A DNA stretch of 64,000 nt, taken from positions 1,116,001-1,180,000 of the forward strand of contig JAMWBK010000003.1 in NCBI GenBank assembly GCA_029953675.1. The letters run 5' to 3'. Origin of the DNA: Rhodosorus marinus CCMP1338 (lineage: Eukaryota > Plantae > Rhodophyta). This document shows, piece by piece, positions 12,385 to 25,700 of the stretch; position 1 is the first letter of the stretch, and every line of letters starts with the position of its first letter. The notes beneath the pieces are model-generated. The model searched no databases and was not told the origin of the DNA. It worked only from the letters and a program-made list of their open reading frames with translations. The position numbers were made by a program, and so were the translations under genes.

Positions 12385-15300
12385 ATGGGGAAACGTGGGA
12401 AAGCTGAGAAGTCTCTCCTCGCTTCGGAGGCACTAGCACTGCACAGAACGCTTCTGGCTCAAAAACCTCCTCTGCTGAGCGTGTATCGGATGCTGATTCA
12501 AGCCCAGCAGGGCTTGAACGAGATCCCAAAGAGTAGGCTTAGTAATGCCGACCAAGCTGGAGCAAATGATCTAGCCGCTGCTGTTATGGAATGTGCGCTT
12601 AGGCTGACTGGAGAACCGGGTCCAATCAGAAGGAGCACTCTCACACTACTGCGGCAGCTTTTGAAGATCATCACGTCAGATTCGCTGTTGAACATGATGG
12701 ACGTGGTATTGCACCCTCTCCAAAACCCCTTCTGAAGCACGACGCGGATTTCCTAAGCCCTTGCCTGCTTTTTGGTTTCCATTCTGGATAAGATCCAAGG
12801 CCTACTTACACAGAAACATGATGAAGACGAGGAGCGGGTTAGCCCAGCCGCAACTGCCGTGGTGACTAGCGTTCTCGTATCAACTGGACTCCTCGACCCT
12901 CAGATCGTTTCGAAAGCCTTGTCCAATGTTCTACAGCGGATGAAGAAGACCTCACTCAACGAGTTTTCAGTCACTGCCGCCGAGATCCTGGCAGCGATGG
13001 ATTCTACTGACTCAAAGACTCTAGACAAGGTGAGAAGGTAGTCTCCTGGAATGTCTCAGCTAATATAATACTGAGGATGGACCAAGTCCTCACTCTCGAT
13101 TTCACCGCAAGCTCACAATGCCAACACGTGTTTCCGAGCTCAGATACAAGAGCAAATATCCACAAACAAGGACGTTCCTGGAGAGGGTGGGCCGTTCTTA
13201 GCGTTGCTGTTTGCCACTGCAAATTCGACAAAGTCAGCGATGCAGAGCCTGAGCAAGATCGCATGTAAAGGGACATTTTCAACACGATCGAACTGTAAGA
13301 AGCTCTGGGCAATTACTGCGGCGGTCTGCTTTTGTAACATTGCCGCTCGTAAGGCAGTGGCTGAGGCCAGCGCTTCTGCAACGAGAAAAGGTGAAGATGG
13401 GGATTTTTATGAGGATAAGACCGCGGCAGAGGAGTCCGAGGAGGAGGCGCTTAGACTTGCTCTTCAGCTCGCTTGGAAAGCGGACGTTGGCGATGAAATC
13501 ACTCTCCTCTCTGCGGTACTGCAGAATGCGGTTGCAGAGTCGCCACACCTCGACGTGCAGAAAGCTATCCTTGTTGCACTGGAAGGACAGGATTCATCAA
13601 AGCGCGATCCATCCGACTTGACGAGAAGCATCATTGAGGCGTTTCTGGAGAATCAAACAGTTCACAAACTCATGGATGTCCCCGCGTTCTTGCTGGGAAT
13701 TTTAGCTGATGAAGCTTCGAGCTATGTAAGCACAGCCCTATCATAGTCGTTCCTATGCGTTGGACTTCCACGTGAGGAACTTGTGCTGATCAGGAGGAGA
13801 CTTGCGGCTTGCTGGGTGAATCTCAGATCGGGGAACAGGGCCAAGGAATTGCCGCCAGACTGATAACGTTCGTTGCAGATCGAGTCGACGTAGGAATCTG
13901 CCTGGGAGGATCCAGGCTGAGAGGAGTACTCGAACTAGTAGACAGCATTCGGTATAGTGAGGACGATTTTGCTAGAGACTCGTGCGCGACACTATGCGCA
14001 GCGATTGCGAACCACGTTCCACACCTCCGAGAAACGGTACTGTCCCGCCGAGCGATCGTAGCCCGCGATCCATCACGAATTGGATCGTTTTCTCACGAGT
14101 GTATCGTGTTCTCCGTTTGCTTCAGCTGCTTGCTCAAAGTCTGGAAGGGCTTCGAGTTGCAGATCTTTCTCTTTCCACCGCGGCACCTCCAACATCGATG
14201 GACGAGCTTCCTCTGGAGTTTGTACATGTACTCGGGCACGCGGCAATCTTGGCAGGTCTGGTGGAGAAGGACAGCGTCCGGGCTGGGGTAATTTACGTTG
14301 CAAAAGCCTCGGTAGTTGGAAGCGTCGAGTACTTATCAGCTCCACGTTTGCCGTACAGGTTCCATCGGCGTTGCTGCACCGATGCTGCGAAGACGCTTTG
14401 GCCTTCTTGAAGGTCCATTCTGCAGCTCTCAAGGGGAACGCCTCTAGGTTAGTTGCGCTTGCACGACGAAGGGTTGGATGGGGGCTCCTCGCTGCCTTTG
14501 CCAGGGCAAAATTGCTGAAGAGTAACCACCTCAAGAACTTGCCCACACTCCTAAAGCATGAGCTGGCCATTGAGATGCCGAGCCCAAAGGACTCTAAGAA
14601 TTACTACGAACTGGTTCTTCATGCATCATCGAGAGCAGCGGTAGGCACATACCCCACAGCAGAAACCGAACATTCAGCGTCCACTAATAGTCAGCGTGTG
14701 GCTCATCGCCTTTCTAGGCCTTGGCCGCAATAGCGGAGTGCCTCGAGGCAGGACTCTTGATTCTCGGTGTGGATAACATACTGGGCGCCGCTGCCCGAAG
14801 ACTGGCTTTCCATGCTGATGCTCGACATTCAGCATCAAGCGATAGTCAGCGCTCTCTGAGCGATAAAGTGTACAGAACAGAGGCTCCTAGACTATTTCAC
14901 TGCGTTCGACTGGCCCCACCATCGGGTTCGTTTGGCGACATCTTATACTATTTGGCGTTGGTTCAGCTCAGCTTGTCCAACCGGCGCTCGGCTGCCGACA
15001 TCACTCCTGAGTGTCCGATTAGTTCCCTTTTCAGCTTGGAGGTACAAAGCACTTCAAGTTTGACAGGTGACTTTTGAGTTGAGTGTACGTGAGACTGAAT
15101 GAGTCAGCTCCTTTTTCTGATGCACGCTGATCTCTAACCCCCAGGGTACCTACCATTGTTCCGACGCGTTGCTTTTCGGGTTTGTGACCAGTGCATTACC
15201 TGCTTTATTGTCAGTCAAAACCTCGAGAGAGATTCTGCTAGTCGCTGTGACGGACTTGAGCGACATCTCTCCGTCTATCTGTACATCTTTGGCGCTTCAG

Positions 15301-18300
15301 ACAGCGATGCGAAAGGACGTGAACTCGTCGAATGTGTTGTCAAGAGTACAGGCTGTATTGCGTCGAGTCGTGCATCAAAACACAGCCGTCGAAATGATCA
15401 ACGTTTTTGAACTCCCGCAGGAGGTCCAAGTTGCCGCGTCTGCGTACCTTGAGTTGTCAAGGACGGGAGGGCCATCTCTCTGGAGAGGATTCGTTTCCCT
15501 CATGGCTGGACTTTTAAAGTATGATCCAGACGGCCAAACTGGGCTTAAGGAATGAACGCTTGCCTTGCTGAACTATCACTGATTGGTCCTGTGCTTCTGT
15601 GTGGCGTTAGTACTAGTTTGGAATCCAACGTGAACATAGCAATAGCAGCAATCGCGATTCTTACGAGTTTGGAAAAGCTCTGTGGAAACCCCGGCTATAC
15701 TGGGGAGAGCGCTATAATAGACGCTACGGTAAGCGCTGGTGTCTTTCGCCCTTCCTCGTCCGGCGGGAGCACTTGTTCCAAGCCCCCTTTTTTTGGACTC
15801 TTTGCTGAATCTATTGTCCTTCTGGAATAGCTGCGAGCGTTGGAGAGCTCGAACCCTGCTTTGAGGTATCTTGGTGCCGGAATGATCTGCGAGAAAAATC
15901 CTTACGTGAACAGAAACTCGGAAAAGCTGCTCTCAGTAAGTTCTTCACAGAGATTCAATTGTGGCAATGTTGAGGCAAGACTTCATATCCCTTCCTGGGT
16001 TTGAGCTCTTTGCACTTGAGGTAGAGGTCTAGTTTCATCAGCTCAGTGCCGTTTGGTTCCTCAATACGTTTGTGCAGGAGCTTCTAAACGGACTGATTCG
16101 TTACCAAACCTCAAATTCTGTTGTATATGCTCCACCGGGCAATCTTGTCGCTGCTGAGGCGCTGCTCGAGCAGAGCGGGGAGGTTGACTCGTATGGGTTT
16201 GCTGCAGCTGCGGTTCTTGAAGCCAGTCGAGCGGACAAGAGCTTCGTGTTATCTCGTGCTGCGGTAGGGTCCGCGCAGGAGTTAATTTGCGAACTAATTG
16301 CCTGGGTACTGCCACAAAAGGCTTCTACGAGAGCGGCAGCATTGGAGGCCCTGCACAATCTCTGGGGAGTGCTCCTGGATCAGGACTCTTCCCGCGCGCC
16401 GTTGACTGTAGACTTTTTCTGCATTGGGGGCTTAACCGTTGACAGAGTAAGAAAAACTGCTCTTGATATTGGGGGAATCGCCTACCGGCAAAAGGAAGCG
16501 ATGCTGACCGCTGTTGCTCTTTGATTTTTTCATGACGCCATCCTGAGCAGCTTCGTGTTGCCTTGTTGGAATCTTTAAGCTTCAATACAGGCACACCTTC
16601 CCTTGAAGTGCGCAAAAATGCTCTTCGTTGCATTGCTCAACTGCGGAGAGGGCTTGCACTGTCTCGGCTCCTTGTAGCCATGCCCGAGCTGCCGGAGGCC
16701 CTGTTCCTGTGCATGAATGGGCCAGCGTTGGCAGAGGAGAAACAAATTCAGAACGAAGCTCTCGTCGCACTTCTCAGTCTCAGTCAACTGGACTCGCACC
16801 GCAGGTGCTCGTATTGGTTGCAGCTTTGCAAGGAAGTTTCGATGGGAGAACTTCGAGCGATCAAAGGTTTTGCATCGTCGAGTTATGCTGATGACCAACG
16901 CATTGTAGGAAACGGTTCGTTCGCAATTACCAAACTCGCTTTACGAAAACCCTAGAGAGATGAGACGCTGATTCCGTGAGTCGAATCGATTGCGATGATG
17001 GGTCACAGATTTTCCGAGGGCGGCCGCCGCAGCGGTGACCAGGTGTTGTCTTGAGTCCATGATTCAGCTGCGGAAGGAAGCGGGGAAAGTGCCGGACAAC
17101 CGCTGGATCGATCCTTGCGTACTAATATTGCAGCGCATGAGCACCTCCGTGGATAGTACGGCGATCGGAACTGTTCAAGGGCTGTATGTGGGGCTCCGAC
17201 TTGTGGAACTTTTCCCAGCGAAGGACCTTTTGTTGTACAGCGCTCAAATTCAGTCGTCGTTGAACGCACTATTTTCGCCATCGCAGCATCCAATTGTGGG
17301 TCTCTCCTCATTAGCTCCCTGCTGTCACCTTCTAAGCTATTAACGCCTGTGTGTTATTTCTGGCCTTGTTGAAACGCGTTAGGTTGTATCTGCTGCTGCA
17401 CAGGCGACCAGCTCAATGGTAGTTCTAGCATCTGGGTCGGTACTGTTCAGCGGAAGAATGGTGGCGAGGTTTCATGACATTGATCGCTTTCCAAGCATCT
17501 ACCAGTACGATCGATTCTCAGATATGGACGGTGCGCGAACTGTGCTGGCATTGATAACAGCGAGTGCTAGGCTAGTCTGCGACGCTGTGGAGAAAGAGCT
17601 TGGAGACGTTTTAGTAGAGCTGAAGCCAGCTCTGCCCAAGATGTCAACGGTATTCGCTGCAGTGTCTGGGGATATTGGAGCAGCTGTGTCCTTTGCGCTG
17701 AAGAAACCATCCAAGCGACCATTGAAATCGCCTTTCCAGAATGGTAGTGCCGTCACGGTGGCGGATAGGGGAGTGCTGGACGCGATCCGTTCCTTGCCCC
17801 CGGATATTGTTGTAGCAGCGGTATACCTCCTTCCTCTACCTGAGCAAGACTTGGATATAAGATGGAGCAATGATCAGTCTCCGGGAGCAAAGTTTGTAAC
17901 CTCAACGACCATGGAAAAGGCGAAAATTCTTTTCTCTCTGTTGATTTATTTTCTGCTCGACAGCCGGTCGCGAACGCGCCTGTCTAACGCACAGAGGTGG
18001 GCCGAACTGTTGAGCAAGAATTCTAGGGCGCCTTGCTAATCCAGTCAACCTGCTCACGATTTGACTTTAACGAAACAGGAGAAGGTGCAGCTCATGTCTG
18101 ACGTTTATGCTAAAGAGACTAAGGAGTCACCTCTCTGAGGGAGAGGTAAAAGCGACACTCAAGTTGGCGCTTGACAACCGAACGGAAATGGACGTGGCTG
18201 AGTTGTTGAAGTGCTTGGTAATTGAAGGCAACAACAGCTCCATGATCACGCCGATGCAGACCTACCAGTCGCTGGTGGATAAAAATGGACACCCGAATGG

Positions 18301-19149
18301 GCCAGACGTGTTGGCTCTGGCCAAAGCGGTCGCCCTCTTCGAGGAAGGTGAAGCGCGGAAACGAGCGCTTTGGGCAACCGTTCATGTGCTGACCCAAGAT
18401 CCGGATCGCTACTCCAGTATGGTCGTTACCGAGGTGATTCAAGAGCTCTGCAAGGTATGAGAATCAGCTTGAACCGGTGTCGATGTACCCTATCAATCGT
18501 TTTTACGCCGAGTTTCTTACGGAATTCCCTCTGTCGCCCGTCTTGGCTCGCTTTGTTCCACGGATAGTGTGCTGGAGAAGCTGATCTCCAGACCCTTGTG
18601 GATTGGGGGCTTGCGTCGAAGAAGAGTATTGGGATGCTTGTAGCGGCGGTTACGACGTCCGCGACGGATAGCTATGTGATAGATGCCAGCTTCATTCGTC
18701 ACGTCCTCGAGCTTGTTGAAGACATTGATGAGGACGAAGACCTGACAGCTTTCCATGATCCTGCGATGGAGACCGCGCTGCTGAAGATGTTCAAGTCGTC
18801 GGCGACCGGCGAAATGAAGTCAGAACTTGTCTCAAGAATGTGCGTATTGGCGTGCGGTTCGACACCGTTGGGAAAAGTTTTCCTTAAGCTGCTCATAATG
18901 GCCCAAAACGCTGCTACGTCGGAGAGGGATAAGGAGGCAATTGGATCCATCCTTTTGATCACCCTGGTCTATCACGCGTGCTCAACTGAATCTGAAATCG
19001 CACCCTTGGCCGCCGAGGTCGCCATGCGAATAATCACAACTGACGTCGAAGTCTCGAAGGACATCATGAGCGATATGAAAACGACTCGAAAAGCTGCGTT
19101 CGAGGCTTCTCTAAGAAGCGCAGTCCAAGGACGAAGCGAAAAAGCATAA
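12385..19149 (+). CDS. Large multi-exon HEAT/ARM-repeat protein, HEATR5/Laa1/SWEETIE-like (AP-1 accessory factor)
   Basis: A chain of in-strand Leu/Ala-rich helical ORFs linked by GT-AG introns over 6.8 kb. Segments LLLYSAQIQSSLNALF and C-terminal KDIMSDMKTTRKAAFEASLRSA resemble HEATR5/Laa1. Family call is from memory. Confidence 0.6.
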
Positions 19150-19337
19150 TCCGTTGAACACCTCTTATCACAAAGCAAACTATCCTGGCTGACCAGGGTT
19201 GACAGCAACATAACCCTTTGGATTAGGGAAGTGGACACCACATTGAAAAACTGCTCTTGATGTTCAAGCTCTCCGAATAAGCTTCATCTCTGTATATACA
19301 AACTATAACAAAAGGACCGTTTTGCACAAGTAGCGCC

Positions 19338-20643
19338 CTAAGTACCTTTGAGAAAGTCAAGTAGTCCGAACACTGTGTAGGCAAATGAAGGACAAAAAAA
19401 ATTACACGATTGAGAAGGTCAAAAGAAAAATCGTTTTTGTCAACGCAAGATCAGCGCAGTTACAACAATGCTTGCCGTGACGTAAGGAAGATATGCATCG
19501 TTCTACATCAGGTAGACGAGCCTTGTAGGAGGCTGCAGATCTACAAACGACGACCAAGGTTGCCTTTTCCAATCTTCTGATTAGTATGTTCTTGCCGAGT
19601 TTTGCTGAGACCATGGAGGATGAACTGTCTGACACTGCGAGTTTGCGATTTTGTGCAGAGGAAAAACTGCGCTTGAGATTTTCTTCTCAATTCCAATGTT
19701 CTATACTGTAGCTACGCCTAGGACAGTTTGTGTGTTTTACGCACTTATGTCAGCCGCGACGTTCAAAAAGCTTTGGACTTCTGCGAGGACTACGGTGTGA
19801 TTGGGATGTCGCGATGGATACCACACAGAGCTCAGGATGTTGTAGTCGTATTCAGACATGCTCGGTTTCAATAGGATGGCGTACTTAACACCTTCCTTTT
19901 CCTCCACTGTTCAAAGAAGAACATTCGACTCAGGCGGGTATCGCATCAAACGTTTGGTGGGGAGCGGCTCGTGAAAGAGATGACGGGTGGGAAGCTCTTA
20001 CGGTCTCTCATGATTGGAGTAGCCAAGTTTTCCATGATGAAGTAAATTCTTGATGAAAAATCCTCAAATAAAGCCTCGTAGTTCTCGGCGCGAGCGCTCA
20101 TATCGGCGAGTTTCTCCGCGTATTCATCAACAAAGGCGAATAACAACTCTGACGCCACCAAGCGACCAAATCTCTCATCCTATGATATTACGCAGAGTCG
20201 TAGTTTGAACACGGAGTTGTGCTATTCTTCAAAGGTGCTGATGCGGGGAAGCTTACGTCTTCTGAATCTGATTCCAAACAGCAGATCACTCTTTGTTGCT
20301 GGCTTCTGCTCACAAACACCATTGTATCAACCACATGAAGCGCCACTAGCAGTAGACATTCGAAACAGAAACACGGGCGTCTGTGAACGGGACTACATGT
20401 GACCTCGACAATCCAAAGACGAATACAATGGGGTTCCCGATACGTACGTTTCTCAAACTTCATATGAGTGAATGGTACTTGAACCTGTTTCTGTGAGAAG
20501 TCGATCAGTGCGGTGATCAAACCCGCTATAAGCCCAGTCCTTCCATCCGGTTGTTGTATTCGATCAGATGACTCGATTTCAAATGACGTTTTGTAAAGAA
20601 GCAATCCGCTCGCTCCAGATATCAACATAAACTTCCTAATCAT
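19338..20643 (-). CDS. Longin/roadblock-like small-GTPase-regulator-type protein, ~6 exons
   Basis: N-terminus MIRKFMLISGASGLLLYKTSF...GLIAGLITALIDFSQ fits longin beta1-beta2-alpha1. A plausible in-frame splice path can be traced to a TAG at 19338-19340; the later junctions are less certain. Confidence 0.55.
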
Positions 20644-21628
20644 GGAGTTCTCTCAAAAGTCTAGTCCAACTTCAAAAAGGGAAACACGCAAAAATTCTCG
20701 ACCATCACCAAGCAGCAATGAGCTAAAAACATTCCCCCGCCACTATGCTCCTACTCCTGATACTTCCGATTGCTCATCAACTTGATCCTGAAATCTCCTA
20801 GATCTGCGTAAGCGCAGATCCTCCGCAAATCTTCTGTGATATCAAAACTTTCTTTCTCAAACGCCTCGCTCCAATTTATCTTCTTTACCCTAGCAAAGTC
20901 TGTCCATCCACTTCAACAATATCTTAATGGATTCCCTTCCAGATCGGTAGTGAACACGTTGAGTGTACTGAACCGTATGTTTTATACAGTTCGTGATTGA
21001 ATCTTTTAACTGAAAGAAGTCTTGAGGCAGGTTATATCTATCAATCTAATCTATGGAAGTAGTACCCGCACCTCTCACCACCAGAACAGCTCGCTGGTCA
21101 ATGGCATCTTCTACATATCCAGTTTGGATTTGGCAATGATGGACGCTCACGACTATGGCACGGATGGGCTGTGTAGATGCTGAGTGCTCTTTGCATCCAT
21201 CGTTTGTCCTTAATTTTGGGAATTGGTTCAGAGGATTTGAAAAGCTTCGTCTCTACTTGGTGGTAGAGTATGTGCCACTGCATTTAGGCTACGGCGTGCT
21301 CTTGAGAGAGAGTCACCTATTCAACAAGTTAGTACGTACGCCGGCTTGTGGTTCACTCGCATTACCCGTTGGCTTTTAGGATTGCGGGAAACCGCGGTTG
21401 TTCTCGCGACCTCGCAGTCTTCTGCATTGCCATGTCACAGGGCCGGACGGAGCAGGAGATTTATCGGCCACCGTGCCCGAATGCGAAACTCAGCGTCTTA
21501 TCGTTAGGTCCAGCAAATTAACTTTGATGACCAGCTAGAGTGCCGATATCCTCGCGCCCTTATCGACCAGACAAGTTTGGGTACCTAGACTTGCTTTCAC
21601 ACAAACAAAATACAAAACAAAGCCCAAC

Positions 21629-22984
21629 CTACTTCACTAGATGAGCCTTGCCATCTGATATTCTTATTTTTTCTAAGGCTGGCATGTCATCATAATTGAC
21701 AAGCTCCTCCACTGGTCCCGGCGACTCGTTCGTGTCCGAGCGAAGGAATCCTGAGCAGAAAGGGAGACATTCAGATGGATCTGCAAAACCAGCGCGGAGG
21801 CGGAGAAATTGCCCAACCCACCTGAAAACGTGTTTTCTTGCTCCCTCCTGTACTTTATCCGACTACTTCGTAGGCTCTTCTCAACCTCATGCATCTCTCT
21901 CAAAGTTTCCCTCATCACCGGATCATTCGGGTTTTTCCGGATTGCGAAAACGAGATCATCATGAATCTCCACGATAAGATGCTCTGATCATACGTACAGA
22001 GGATACACAGGGTATTTAGGACTACTAGCTCACTACGGAAGAGTGAAAAACTTTCATTCCGTCTCGACCGGAGGTTCTTACGTTGCTTTTCAATGTCCCA
22101 GAACTTGCCTTCGGCCTCCTTCTTCATTTCCGATTTAACCATCTCCAGATGGCATACGGCTCGTCTATATCGGCCTTTTACGTTTTCGGGATCTATTCGA
22201 ACAGCCTCTGAAAAGTCCCACAGGGCATCTTCATACTTTCACACGTCACAAACGAAAACGCGCGCCAGAGATGGACCAATGTCAGCTAATCGATCACACG
22301 TCTAATAGATTTGACTGCAGGCAAGCGGAAGGGACAGCTTTTGCCCTTGCACCACCGTTCAGAAATGGACAGAAACCCCCGAATTCGTAAGATGGACACG
22401 ACCCCGTTGTAGGATTCGTCTTCACCCGATCCATACGAGAATCTTGTTCATTAACTAAGATACGGGCGCCATTTCCTTCCTTTTCTCAACGTCAAGCAGT
22501 AGCCGCAAATTGTTTTCTCGTGTTCTGTAAACTTACGTGGCCCAGTTTAAGTCTACATAATCCCCTGTTCAGATGGCAAGGGCACTTGAACACATTGATA
22601 ACATGCCTCTGCTCTTCACTGAGCGAGGCCCATTCCTCCTTTCCAATAAAAACATTAACGAACGCGACATCATACTGCTTCCAAGCTTTTTCAATCTCCC
22701 CAGCCTTAAATAACGCGTTTCCCTTGTCTTTCTCAATGCTCGCCAATCTGATCTTCTCTTCAATACTCAGAAATTCACCAGTAAACCCTGGCGAGTCAAT
22801 GCCTTCCTCAGCCTTTTCACTGCCCTCATCCGATTCAACGCTTTGGTGATCTTCCGGGTCCTTACCAAACAGAACAATACAAACAACAAACAGTATACCA
22901 TAAGAATATCATTCAGCCTTTCCGTTCTCATAGATATCAAGCTTCACCAAAACTCATTCTTACCCTTGCAGAGTCCTCCATCAT
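21629..22984 (-). CDS. TPR-domain co-chaperone (FKBP/Cyp40/AIP-type TPR, no PPIase domain)
   Basis: EKDKGNALFKAG...HLNRGLCRLKLG|YEDALWDFSEAVRIDPENVKGRYRRA gives three TPRs. A predicted last exon has DDMPALE. Introns are GT-AG. Confidence 0.8.
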
Positions 22985-23165
22985 TTGCTTGAGCAAACCT
23001 AAACCCACGAATACTCTGAACCTCTTCACTAGCTGAATGCAATCCCTCTTGAAAGAGAAACAGCAAACTATGTAGTAACTGCTGCGCGCTCACTCCGCTG
23101 TATCCTCTACTCCATCAAGTAGTTCCACTTCAAGAGACTCGAAACTTGACATTACTTTGGCTGAG

Positions 23166-23850
23166 TCAAGCCGGGTGGGTCCTTTTTGTTGGCATCTGAG
23201 TCTCTGAACAGGAAGCGATAACGTCGTTCCTTTCAATACGTGACTTTCAAGTTTCTTCTACGCTCGGCTTTGAAATTGTAGCTCTAGCTTACCAGTCGTT
23301 GCCAGCTTACTGACTGGACCTTCTAGGAGGACGCCCCTCCACGAGGGTGACTTGTTTCCATTCAATGTGCGGGGATTATGCGATCTTTTTTCTGCTTTCC
23401 TTGCGGCGCTAGGGTTCCATCCATCTTCAGCACTGCACTCTCGCTTCAGTCGAATAGCCTTCGTACCTTGCCACGAGTAGAAATCTAGAATATATGATGT
23501 TTTCGTTGGTGACGGTTGGATTGGTTTCCAAGGACACTACTTGAACTCGCGATTTGAAGTTAGAGCAGAGCAGGTTTTTGAGAGATCGAGCGCCTTGAAT
23601 CCGCCCTGGGACGAGAGAGGCCTTGCCTTCTTGAGCGAACAGGAATTCGAGTAGATGCAAAGCCTGAAGTTGGATTTGCTCGTGTTCGGACAGCTAACCC
23701 TAGTCATCCACTGGATGAGCGTATCTGTAAGATCTCATAGAGATGGGAGCGTTTAGTTAGCACTGTCGGAGCGCTGACCAAAGCCCGAATTAGTGAACGT
23801 CAACTGCGAGAATTTCTCTGCTGGTGACGACTGTGTCAAGGCAATGTTCC
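23166..23850 (-). CDS. Hypothetical multi-exon protein (start not resolved)
   Basis: Several canonical minus-strand GT/AG pairs join into one frame: DTLIQWMTR|ALHLLEFLFAQEGK...LLVA|SAEDGWN...ATT|ETQMPTKRTHPA*. No family recognised. Confidence 0.35.
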
Positions 23851-24110
23851 TTTGGCTATTGGTTATTAAGTAGTGGGTTTATATGTCCGCTCTTTCGACG
23901 TTCGCACACTAGGAAATCTGTCACTCGCGCCGCCGTCTGCTCAGAGCAAATCCTCGAAATGAAAAAAAATGAAAATAGCCTAGATATTCACACGATTTTT
24001 TGTTCTCCTATTCATTCTTTCATTGACTCAAATTTTCGCAAGCTTGACTTTGGCAGCTGCATTTTCTTGGGTTGAAGTACGCTGAACATTGCCGAAACGA
24101 AAGAGTCCCG

Positions 24111-24556
24111 CTATCGAGCCTCATACTGCATCACACGCGTGGTTCTTCGTTTATATAAGATTCGGCAACCACAGGCTTTGCAGCGTACTGGATCTCCCGG
24201 CTTGATACGATTGATCGACCCACAATCTGTACATTAAAATTCCACAAGGCAGGAGAAGCGCACAAAACATGGAGACGCGTGTTAGTAGAACGAAGTAGTA
24301 CGAAGCGTCCCAAGACAACGTTCCCAGGGAACAACGCAGTTCTAAGAGTCCAACTATAAGACGTCGATCCAAAAGTAAGAGGTTTGACGAAGCTTTCATG
24401 CAACAATAAGCGTAAGAAGCCGAAGAGTAGCAAGGACAAGTCCAAGACCAGACGACAAAGCAAACCGCAACCGCAATATAGTTCATGGCCAGCTTTTCTC
24501 CTACCTCCACACTGACAAGCCATTTCTGGCCGGCCATCTGCCGTCCTAGAATCCAT
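24111..24556 (-). CDS. RPB12: RNA polymerases I/II/III shared subunit RPABC4/RPB12, 2 exons (not shown as such in the ORF track)
   Basis: Exons 24505-24556 and 24111-24226 give MDSRTADGRPEMACQCGDCGSINRIKPGDPVRCKACGCRILYKRRTTRVMQYEAR*, the RPB12 zinc ribbon. Confidence 0.95.
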
Positions 24557-24899
24557 CCTCAAAAACTAAGGCTATTCCTGATTCCGTGTGAACGTGAAGA
24601 GCACCTTCCTCCCACGCCCTCGGTCGCTCGGTTTCCTCAAATTGTGCTCTGTGCCTGATATCTTAGTATACATACATTCGTGGCCGTAAATAAACTCGTA
24701 ATTTCACAAATTGCGGTGCATTTGGTAAAAATTTGATTCGAAATACATCTGAAGAGCTGCGGCATTTTCGTTCTTTGCATTTAAGTTGCATGGTTGCTAT
24801 AGAGCCGAATTAACCATTATTTAAGACATACTATCGTTAATTAATGGTTTTGAGATTCATTTTTCTTAGTGAAATGAGACAAAGTGGTGATATTGGTCT

Positions 24900-25700
24900 T
24901 CTACTTCCGTAGATTTACGTTCGTTGTGGTGAAGGTTCTGGGGTGTTCGGGCGGCGCTGTGGCCTCCATCGCACGCGAAAAGGCTTCGCGCTTTCGGGAT
25001 AGAGTCCCGTGGCGGAATCCGTGGTTTCTGCATTTTCCAGTGAACGATCAAGCCATCCCGTGTGTACCGTTTTTCGGACTTGCAGCATTACTGAGCAAGA
25101 GGAAGCTGCAGCTCCGGCTAGCTTCCGCGTTGAGCCGTGTTTCAATTGTTAACCTCTTCCGAGCACGTCTCATTGAGCACTGGCTTACCCACCAACATGC
25201 AAAATTTCGGACAGGCAAGATGGAGGTCTACGAAGTCAGTTCAATTTATACAGTTTTCGGAGCTTCTGGTCAGCGTGCCCCCTCAGGAGGAGACGCCCTC
25301 AACTTACTCGAGGAATGCTCGAATTTTCTCCGTGTCATTTCTTGCTGTGTAAGCTCACAACCACCTCCTCTCGGGTCACGATGGAGCAAACGGACGATCA
25401 AATCCGTTCCGAACGCAGCTTTCTGTCCGTAAGATTAAACAGGGCGGAACAAACGCGGAGCACAAAGCCAGCACCGTCCATAACCGGAAGGGCTTCAACG
25501 ACGCGCGGGGCAAAGACAACATCATTATCATGAGTAAAGGGAGGCACTGATGACGCGCGTCCATCAACAAGCAGCGTTTAGAGCGCCAGTATGTCAAGGG
25601 CAACTCCGGGAGGAGGCTATCAACACTTCCGGGGTCTCTGGGACGGACGTGACGAAGCCAGCGAGAATTAACAGCATCTAACAGACCTAATTGCTATTCC
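24900..25700 (-). CDS. Possible hypothetical spliced gene, frame and ends unresolved
   Basis: Strong minus-strand GTAAG donors near 25277 and 25189 with matching AG acceptors near 25228 and 25091, downstream of a promoter-like block. No recognisable domain. Confidence 0.25.

Noticed and set aside
20801-20820. Hairpin GATCTGCG-TAAG-CGCAGATC
   Set aside because: An 8-bp stem is expected by chance in 64 kb.
24131-24562. 143-aa and 128-aa minus ORFs
   Set aside because: They read through the RPB12 intron; the spliced RPB12 explains the locus.
25501-25560. ACGCGCG...CGCGCGT-bounded segment with CTGA/TGATGA, resembling a C/D snoRNA
   Set aside because: The boxes are in the wrong order and position relative to the terminal stem.
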